The notes under the pieces were generated by a model. That model did no database searches and was not told where the DNA came from. It saw only the letters and a program-made list of their open reading frames with translations. 64,000 nt of DNA from Puniceicoccaceae bacterium (lineage in GTDB: Bacteria; Verrucomicrobiota; Verrucomicrobiia; Opitutales; Oceanipulchritudinaceae), in the NCBI GenBank assembly GCA_040830765.1, contig JBFOMH010000017.1, positions 288,001 through 352,000 on the forward strand, written 5' to 3'. The position numbers were made by a program, and so were the translations under genes. This document shows, in pieces, positions 30,721-37,609 of the stretch (positions within the stretch are counted from its first letter, which is position 1; each line of letters begins with the position of its first letter).

Positions 30721-32790
30721 CTACTTGGTGTTGAGCCGTTCGACGGTCTTTTTCTCAAGGTCCCTCGGCATCTCCTCGTAGTGGGAGAAGGATTCCGAGT
30801 GGAAGCCGCGTCCACCAGTGATGGACCGCAGTGAGGTACTGTAGCGATACAGCTCCATCATCGGTACCGATGCCCGGATAACCTGGAATTTACCGTCTGT
30901 GTCCATCCCCTGGATGCGCCCGCGGCGACTGGAAATGTCGCCCATGACGTCGCCCATGAAATCTTCCGGAACCTTGACCTCAATGGACATGATAGGCTCC
31001 AGCAGACAGGGAGAAGCATCCATGAAAGCCTGCTTGAAGGCCTCCTTGCCGGCAATCTGGAAGGCAATGTCCTTGGAATCGACTGGGTGCATCTTGCCGT
31101 CATAAAAGTCGATTTTGACGTCAGTGACGTGGCAATGGGCCATGATACCCTCGCTGCAGGCGGATTGGACACCCTTTTCCACCGAGGGAACAAAGACGCG
31201 GTCCACATTCTGGCCCACGAGGGACTGATTGAAGTCCACACCCGAGTCCCTGGGCAGGGGCTCGATGCGCATCCAGACCTCTGCGAACTGTCCCGCGCCA
31301 CCAGTCTGCTTCTTGTGCCGGTACTTGGACTCAGCCTTTTTGCGGATTGTCTCCCGGAAGGGGACTTTCGGCTCGCGCAAGGTGATCTCGACATTGAAGC
31401 GCCGCTTGAGGCGGCTCTTGATTACTTCCAGATGCAGTTCTCCTTGTCCGGAAAGGACCATTTCCGCGGTCTCCATGTTGTTGACATAGAGGAAGGTCGG
31501 GTCCTCCTCGTGCAGCGTGGCCAGACCTTCGGCGAGTTTGTCTTCATCGCCTTTGGCTTCAACTTCCAGGGCACCATGGATGTTTGGCTTGGGATACTCG
31601 ACCGCCGGCAGCTTAACCTTCCGGTCGGGACTGCAGAGTGTATTCCCGGTATGCGTGTCCCGCAGTTTGACCATGACGCCAATGTCGCCTGCGGTCAGCT
31701 TGTCGATCGATTCGCGCTCATGTCCCTGCAGGGTGTAGAGCTGGCCAATTTTCTCCGGACAATCCCGGTCCGTATTGTAGAGTTCCATACCGGGCTTGAT
31801 CTCGCCCGAATAGAGTCGGCAGAAGGAAAGCTCGCCCACATGTGGCTCGCTGATGGTCTTGAAAATATAGCAGGCCGATGACTTGTCGGAGAGCGAGATT
31901 TCCACCTCTTCGCCTTTGGAATCAAGTGCCGGTACCGTCTTGCGGTCAACCGGACTGCTGCCGTACTTGGCGATGAAATCCATCAGCCGGACAACGCCGA
32001 CATTTGTTGCCGCGGAGGTGACGAAAACCGGTATGAAGCTTTGCGACTGGATGGCGGCATGGACACCCTCCCGGAGCTGTTCCTCGCTCAGGCTGCCCTG
32101 TTCGAAGAAGGTTTCGAGGAGGCTGTCATCAGCCTCAGCAACAAATTCGATTAGTTCCCGGTGAAGCGCCTTGACGCGCTCCAAGGCGTCGCCTTCCGCG
32201 GGCTTCTCAGTGAATTTGCCACTGCCGTCGCTGGCGTAATCGATTTCCTCGGAACGCATCACATCGAGGACCTGATTGAAGCCAGGGCCGGCATTGAGTG
32301 GCAGGGTCATCGGGAAGACCTGGCTGCCGAAATGGTCCCGCAGGTCATTCAGAACATCGTCAAAATCGACATTCTCACGGTCTGCCCCGTTGACGACAAT
32401 CATCTTGGGAATGCCGTACTGGGTGGCATATTCCCAGACCTGGTCAGTACCGAGTTCAGCTCCGCTGCTGGCATTGACCACCACCATGGCGAAGTCGCCC
32501 ACACGCAGGGCGCCCAGACCTTCGCTGATGAAGTCGAGGTATCCGGGAGTGTCGATGATGTTGAATTTGCGGCCTTCCCACTCGGTGTGGAGCAGGGAAG
32601 CGTGGACGGAAATCTGACGCTCCTTCTCACTGGCGTGGTAGTCGGAAACGGTTGTTCCGGCCTCAATGGAGCCAAGGCGCTGGATCTTGCCGGCACAGCG
32701 CAGCATGGCCTCTGTTAACATTGTCTTGCCGGAGGCCTGGTGGCCCACGACGGCAAAGTTCCGTATGTTATCGGGGGTATAGGATTTCAT
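30721..32790 (-). CDS. fusA: Elongation factor G paralogue (EF-G2 type)
   Basis: Full EF-G domain order: IRNFAVVGH, DTPG, GELHLEV, HKKQTGGAGQFA, HPVDS, GDISSRRG. Outside the str operon and with divergent G motifs. Confidence 0.9.
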   Translation of the reverse strand: MKSYTPDNIRNFAVVGHQASGKTMLTEAMLRCAGKIQRLGSIEAGTTVSDYHASEKERQISVHASLLHTEWEGRKFNIIDTPGYLDFISEGLGALRVGDFAMVVVNASSGAELGTDQVWEYATQYGIPKMIVVNGADRENVDFDDVLNDLRDHFGSQVFPMTLPLNAGPGFNQVLDVMRSEEIDYASDGSGKFTEKPAEGDALERVKALHRELIEFVAEADDSLLETFFEQGSLSEEQLREGVHAAIQSQSFIPVFVTSAATNVGVVRLMDFIAKYGSSPVDRKTVPALDSKGEEVEISLSDKSSACYIFKTISEPHVGELSFCRLYSGEIKPGMELYNTDRDCPEKIGQLYTLQGHERESIDKLTAGDIGVMVKLRDTHTGNTLCSPDRKVKLPAVEYPKPNIHGALEVEAKGDEDKLAEGLATLHEEDPTFLYVNNMETAEMVLSGQGELHLEVIKSRLKRRFNVEITLREPKVPFRETIRKKAESKYRHKKQTGGAGQFAEVWMRIEPLPRDSGVDFNQSLVGQNVDRVFVPSVEKGVQSACSEGIMAHCHVTDVKIDFYDGKMHPVDSKDIAFQIAGKEAFKQAFMDASPCLLEPIMSIEVKVPEDFMGDVMGDISSRRGRIQGMDTDGKFQVIRASVPMMELYRYSTSLRSITGGRGFHSESFSHYEEMPRDLEKKTVERLNTK

Positions 32791-32900
32791 TTAATTTGCT
32801 TAAAAACAGGGGGATATAGCACCGCTTGCGGCACTGGTGCGAACCATACGGGCCCATTGAGCATTGCCAAGAGGAAAACGCTCCCAATGGGAACAATCTT

Positions 32901-33701
32901 CTACTCCGATTCAACCGGATTGGACAGACGGCCAATTCCCTCGATCTCAACCGTGTATTCGTCTCCCGGTTGGAGAAAGCGTGGGGGAGTTCGGGCAGCT
33001 CCCACGCCGGAAGGGGTGCCGGTCAAAATAACTGTCCCGGCCGGTAAAGTGGTGCTGCCGCTGAGGAAGGCGATGAGGTCAGGAACGGAAAAAATGAGGT
33101 CGGACGTATGGCCATCCTGCATCAGATCCCCGTTGAGGAAGCCGCGAATGCTAAGAGCGCCCGGGTCCGGGATGTCTTCCCGGGTAACGAGGTGGGGCCC
33201 GAGCGGACAAAATGTATCAAATCCCTTTCCCCGGCAGAATTGGCCGCCTCCCCAATCCTTTTGCCAGTCGCGGGCGCTGACGTCATTTGCCGCTGTGTAG
33301 CCGAGGACATGGTCGAGGGCATCCTCCGGGGCCACATTTTGGCAGGTGCGTCCAATGATAACCGCCAGTTCGGCCTCAAAGTCGACCTTGTCGCTGCGCA
33401 GGTGTCTCGGCAGCCGGATCGCTTTGCCTGGGCCCTGGAGGGTCCCCGGCATCTTGATGAAAAACACGGGATGCTGGGGCAGTTCGCCGCCCATTTCTAG
33501 CGCATGGGCCCGATAGTTCTGGGCAATGCCAATGATCAGCGACGGCCGTAGCGGAGCCAGCCTTTCCCTGATGGGAAGCCGCTTGGAACTGACTTCATAC
33601 TCCCCGAAGAGATCGCCCTCAATGAGGTTGCCTTCGTCTTCTCCGGTTTGGTTCAAATGAACAATGCAGCCGGACTCATCACGCGTTCTAATAATCTTCA
33701 T
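32901..33701 (-). CDS. Fumarylacetoacetate hydrolase family protein
   Basis: NYRAHA, DFEAELAV, NDVSARDWQ, GKGFDTFCPLGP, ILTGTPSGVG. Start taken at ATG 33701. Confidence 0.92.
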   Translation of the reverse strand: MKIIRTRDESGCIVHLNQTGEDEGNLIEGDLFGEYEVSSKRLPIRERLAPLRPSLIIGIAQNYRAHALEMGGELPQHPVFFIKMPGTLQGPGKAIRLPRHLRSDKVDFEAELAVIIGRTCQNVAPEDALDHVLGYTAANDVSARDWQKDWGGGQFCRGKGFDTFCPLGPHLVTREDIPDPGALSIRGFLNGDLMQDGHTSDLIFSVPDLIAFLSGSTTLPAGTVILTGTPSGVGAARTPPRFLQPGDEYTVEIEGIGRLSNPVESE

Positions 33702-33810
33702 GGGGCTTTCCTGGGTTTGAGGGGAATTTTTCCTCGACAAAACGTTCCCTAATGGTCTATTGCCTAGAGGTTTACGAATATTAAAAGACTGGGACCAGCA
33801 ATTTTATCGA

Positions 33811-35151
33811 ATGAGGAAAAAAATCGTATCGCCAAGGAAGTTCGTCAAGCCGTCATTCGCCTATCTTATTGAAAAGAAGCGCGATGGTGGAGAGTTCACG
33901 CAGGAGGAGATCCGCTACATCGTGGATTCCATTATCGACAAGGACATGCCGCCCCATCAGCTGGCAGCACTGTGCACGGTCATTTATTTCCAGGGCATGA
34001 GTGCCCAGGAAACAGCTGTCCTGTCCGAGGAAATGATGCTTTCGGGGGAGGTCATTGACCTCTCGCGGATCACCCGGCCAAAGATTGACAAGTATTCAAC
34101 CGGAGGGGTTGGTGACAAGACCACCCTCGTCCTTGTTCCGCTGGCAGCCGCCTGCGGGGTGGTGATGCCGAACATGAACGGTGTCGACGAGGAATTTGTC
34201 ATCAGCAGTCTCGACAAGCTCAGTGCCATTCCCGGATTCAGTCCGAAAATGGACCTCGATGGATTTGTGGAGCAGCTGAAGGGCGTCGGTTGCGCGATCT
34301 CCGAGCAGTCCAAGGAGATTGCCCCGGTGGACGATATCATTTACAACATGCGGCAGCAGACGGCCACTATCCCGAGCCTACCGCTGATCACCGGTTCGGT
34401 CCTGAGTCGCAAGCTCGCTCAGGGATCCGAAGGCCTTGTGGTCGATGTCAAGTGGGGCAACGGGTCCTTTATTCGCGATGTTGAGCAAGCTCGCCAGCTG
34501 GCGCGTTCGATCACTCGCGTGGGCCGCTCCATGAAGCGTCGTTGCGTGGCCCTGGTCACGGACATGAACCAGCCGCTGGGAGACACCGTCGGCACTGGGC
34601 TTGAGCTGCAGGAAGCGATTCAGCTCCTGAAGGGTGAAGGTCCGGAGGATTTGCAGGAATTGGTCCTCAAGCTGGGAATGGAGATTGTCCGTCTGGCGGG
34701 TGTCGCCGGTTCCACCCTTTCCGCGAAACAGACGGTCCAGCGGGCCCTCAAGGAAGGGACCGCCTTTGAAAAGTTCAAGGAAATGGTCGCTGCCCAAGGT
34801 GGCAAGACGGCCTGCCTGGATGACTTGGAGAAGTTCCCCAAGGCCAAGTATGTGCGCAAGCTTCCGGCTCCCAAGCGTGGTTACGTCCATACCATCAATG
34901 CGGGCATGATTGCCCGTGGGGTCCAGTTGCTGGGCATGGCCTCCGGAAAGTCGAAGAAGCTGGACCCGGCGGTCGGGGTATCGGAAATCAAGAAGGTCGG
35001 TACGCAGGTCAAGCAGGGTGAACCGCTGATGATGATTCATTATAATGATGAATCCAAGCTGGACAGTGCTCTCGAGTACTTGAAGGCCGCCTACCGGTTA
35101 GCCCCGAAGCGTCCAAATACGCCGGAATTGATCGTCGAGCGGGTGGCTTGA
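33811..35151 (+). CDS. Thymidine/pyrimidine-nucleoside phosphorylase-like protein with atypical active site
   Basis: IEKKRDG, STGGVGDK, LDKLSAIPG, VDVKWGNGSF, TDMNQPLG and C-terminal DPAVGV...KKVG match the DeoA/Pdp fold; catalytic motifs deviate (see findings). Confidence 0.88.
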   Translation: MRKKIVSPRKFVKPSFAYLIEKKRDGGEFTQEEIRYIVDSIIDKDMPPHQLAALCTVIYFQGMSAQETAVLSEEMMLSGEVIDLSRITRPKIDKYSTGGVGDKTTLVLVPLAAACGVVMPNMNGVDEEFVISSLDKLSAIPGFSPKMDLDGFVEQLKGVGCAISEQSKEIAPVDDIIYNMRQQTATIPSLPLITGSVLSRKLAQGSEGLVVDVKWGNGSFIRDVEQARQLARSITRVGRSMKRRCVALVTDMNQPLGDTVGTGLELQEAIQLLKGEGPEDLQELVLKLGMEIVRLAGVAGSTLSAKQTVQRALKEGTAFEKFKEMVAAQGGKTACLDDLEKFPKAKYVRKLPAPKRGYVHTINAGMIARGVQLLGMASGKSKKLDPAVGVSEIKKVGTQVKQGEPLMMIHYNDESKLDSALEYLKAAYRLAPKRPNTPELIVERVA

Positions 35152-35298
35152 GTGCGGCGTGTCCCTTGGAGTGCGGCAACTTGTTGCCGCCTTGGAAGGG
35201 CGCGACGTGTCGCGCCTGAATGAAAGCTGCGTCAAGCCGCAGCACTCCACGAGGAGCGCCTGAATGAAGGCTGCGTCAAGCCGCAGCACTCCATGGAG
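35148..35298. repeat. Left REP cluster (GGAG-tagged palindromes; BIME/REPIN-like)
   Basis: Truncated head TGAGTGCGGC; plus-strand REP GGAGT-GCGGCAAC-TT-GTTGCCGC (35168-35190); spacer hairpin GGCGCGAC-GT-GTCGCGCC (35199-35216); two minus-strand REPs GGAGT-GCTGCGGC-TT-GACGCAGC spaced 44 bp apart; ends in CTCCATGGAG. Confidence 0.92.
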
Positions 35299-35360
35299 TA
35301 GTCAAATTTGACGGCAATACTGGCTTTTATGGGCCACGACATTTCTGCCAGAATTGACTT

Positions 35361-35900
35361 ATGCAGCAGAAGGTCAGTTGGCACCATGCGCCGCCGCATT
35401 GGATTGAAGAAAAGGGCATTTACATGGTGACAGGGGCAACTCTGCACAAGAGGCACCTATTCAAGGATCCTGAAAGCCTCACGATGCTCCAGTCACTCTT
35501 CTTTGAACTTTGCAGTGAATTCAAATGGTCGCCCCATGCCTGGTCTTTTTTCTCCAACCATTATCATTTCATTGGTGAGTCACCTCCCGAGGCGGAAACC
35601 CTGCGACCGATGCTTTCGAAGTTGCATATGCAATCAGCTAAATGGGCAAATAAGAGAGCCGGAACTCAGGGGAGGAAAGTCTGGTATCAATTTTGGGATA
35701 GTCGGATAACCTGGGAGCGCTCCTATTGGCCGAGATTGCGCTATGTAAACGAAAATCCGGTCAAGCATGGCCTCGTATCCAATGCTGCCCTGTATCCATG
35801 GTGTTCCGCATCATGGATTGAGAACAACGCCCGGCGTTCCCACCTTCGCAAGATGTTGTCCTTTCATACCGACAAGCTGAAGATTTTCGATGATTTTTGA
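35361..35900 (+). CDS. REP-associated tyrosine transposase (RAYT/TnpA-REP, IS200-like HUH Y1 nuclease)
   Basis: Y-x-VT, HUH motif NHYH, VW-x-x-x-W-D-x-x-I, catalytic Tyr in RYVNENPVKHGLV, YPWCS; flanked by palindromic repeats; visibly more AT-rich than its neighbours. Confidence 0.92.
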   Translation: MQQKVSWHHAPPHWIEEKGIYMVTGATLHKRHLFKDPESLTMLQSLFFELCSEFKWSPHAWSFFSNHYHFIGESPPEAETLRPMLSKLHMQSAKWANKRAGTQGRKVWYQFWDSRITWERSYWPRLRYVNENPVKHGLVSNAALYPWCSASWIENNARRSHLRKMLSFHTDKLKIFDDF

Positions 35901-36091
35901 GTGCGGCGTGTCCCTTGGAGTGCGGCAACTTGTTGCCGCCTTGGAAGGGCGCGACGTGTCGCGCCTGAATGAAGGCTGCGTCAAGCCGCAGCACTCCACG
36001 AGGAGCGCCTGAATGAAGGCTGCGTCAAGCCGCAGCATTCCACGGGGAGCGCCCAATCAAAGGCTGCGTCATGCCGCAGCACTCCATGGAG
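35897..36091. repeat. Right REP cluster
   Basis: Same layout as the left cluster but with three minus-strand REP units, the third degenerate (GCGCCCAATCAAAGGCTGCGTCATGCCGCAGCACTCC); also ends in CTCCATGGAG. Confidence 0.92.
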
Positions 36092-36097
36092 GCGTTG

Positions 36098-37609
36098 CTA
36101 CCGCAGGTTGTCGGCCATGGCGATGGCCTTGAGCATGCCGGCGGCCTTGTTGATGGTCTCCTGATATTCTGCTTCTGGTTTGGAATCAGCAACCAAACCG
36201 GCGCCACTCTGGACATAGATGGCTTCGTCCTTGATGGTGGCGGTACGGATGGCGATGCAGGAATCGAGGTTGCCGTCATAGGAGAAATAGCACACGGCAC
36301 CGGCATACGGGCCTCTTTGTTCCTTTTCCTGCTCAGCGATAATCTGCATGGCGCGGACCTTGGGTGCACCACTGACCGTACCGGCGGGAAAGGTGGCGCG
36401 CATCAGGTCATAGGCGGTTCGATTTCCGGCAATATGTCCCTCCACCTGGGAGACGATGTGCATCACGTGGGAATAGCGCTCAATGACCATGTACTCCGGC
36501 ACTTTGACCGAGCCATATTCACAAACCCGACCGAGATCATTACGGGCCAGGTCAACCAGCATCAGGTGCTCTGCCCGTTCCTTTTCGTCAGCCAGCAATT
36601 CCTTCTCAAAAGCGATATCGGCCTCATAGGTCTTTCCCCGGGGCCGGGTGCCGGCAATGGGCCGCAGCTCGGCCAGTCCGTCGGTCAGACGGACGTGGAC
36701 TTCCGGCGAAGCCCCGACTATAGAATAGGGCCCGGCATCGAGCAGAACCATGTAAGGGGATGGATTGACGATCCTCAGGACCCGGTAGAGATCCAGCGGT
36801 GAACGAGTGTATGGCTTCTCAAAACGCTGGCTGCAAACTACCTGGATGACGTCACCGGCGCGGATGTACTCCTTGCAGGTTTCGACCATCTCCTCGAAAC
36901 GCTCCTGTGTGAAGTTTCCTTCAGGAATAGCTACATCCCCGGACTGCGGTACCGGCAGGGTGGGGATCTCCCGGCCCTTATGGAGGCGTTCCGCCAGTTC
37001 CTTGACGGCCTGTACGGCAGCTTCGTAACTCTCCCCGGCCTCAGACGGATTCTCGACATGGGCATTGACGAGGAGACGGATGGTCTGCCGGGCCCGGTCG
37101 AAAATGACCAGGGTATCGGTAACCAGGAAATGGGCCACCGGCATATCGAGGATATCTTTTTCCGCCATGGGGACGGATGGCTCGACGCTGTGGATATATT
37201 CGTAACTCAGGAATCCAACGGCTCCGCCGATGAAGCGAGGCATGTCGGGTAGCCGGACCGGCTTGTACTGGTTCATTTCCTGCTCTAGAACCGTCAATGG
37301 ATCCGGTGGGCAGGGGAAACGTTCTTCACCACCATCGCGGGTGCGGACGATGGCCTCCCCACCAAGGTGCATTTCGAAGGTCTTGCGCGGCTGGAACCCG
37401 ATGAAGGAATAGCGGTTGAGGTTGGCCCCTCCCTCGATGGATTCGAGCAGGAACGCTGGTTCCCCTTCATCCTTCAATTTGGAGTAGACCGAGACGGGAG
37501 TCTCGAAATCCGCCATCAGGTCGGTGTAGACCGGAATCAGGTTTCCCTGCCCGGCCAGCTTTTCGAACTCGTCACGGCTGGGCGAAATCTGCAAGGGACG
37601 GTTTTCCAT
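36098..37609 (-). CDS. trpE: Anthranilate synthase component I
   Basis: FLLES (Trp feedback motif), NPSPYM, GASPE, PIAGTRPRG, EHLMLVDLARND, FPAGTVSGAPKVRAMQII. Start at ATG 37609 overlaps the glmS stop. Confidence 0.93.
   Translation of the reverse strand: MENRPLQISPSRDEFEKLAGQGNLIPVYTDLMADFETPVSVYSKLKDEGEPAFLLESIEGGANLNRYSFIGFQPRKTFEMHLGGEAIVRTRDGGEERFPCPPDPLTVLEQEMNQYKPVRLPDMPRFIGGAVGFLSYEYIHSVEPSVPMAEKDILDMPVAHFLVTDTLVIFDRARQTIRLLVNAHVENPSEAGESYEAAVQAVKELAERLHKGREIPTLPVPQSGDVAIPEGNFTQERFEEMVETCKEYIRAGDVIQVVCSQRFEKPYTRSPLDLYRVLRIVNPSPYMVLLDAGPYSIVGASPEVHVRLTDGLAELRPIAGTRPRGKTYEADIAFEKELLADEKERAEHLMLVDLARNDLGRVCEYGSVKVPEYMVIERYSHVMHIVSQVEGHIAGNRTAYDLMRATFPAGTVSGAPKVRAMQIIAEQEKEQRGPYAGAVCYFSYDGNLDSCIAIRTATIKDEAIYVQSGAGLVADSKPEAEYQETINKAAGMLKAIAMADNLR

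Larger units (their letters stand above)
35148..36091 (+). mobile_element. REPtron-like element: RAYT gene bracketed by directly repeated REP clusters
   Basis: 35148-35293 and 35897-36042 are identical except at 2 positions (offset 749 bp) and enclose the RAYT gene. Confidence 0.8.

Noticed and set aside
35167..35249. Cloverleaf-like 83-nt fold ending in CCA as a possible tRNA
   Set aside because: No T-loop (TTCRA), D-loop GG or 7-nt anticodon loop; the CCA is part of the paired REP end.
35009..36056. Short minus-strand ORFs sharing MLRLDAAFIQA / ECCGLTQ peptides
   Set aside because: These are translations of the REP repeats, not a protein family.
35212..36091. 44-bp periodic repeats as a possible CRISPR array
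   Set aside because: The sequences between the palindromes are nearly identical rather than unique spacers, there are only 2-3 units per cluster, no cas genes are present, and the adjacent RAYT explains them as REPs.
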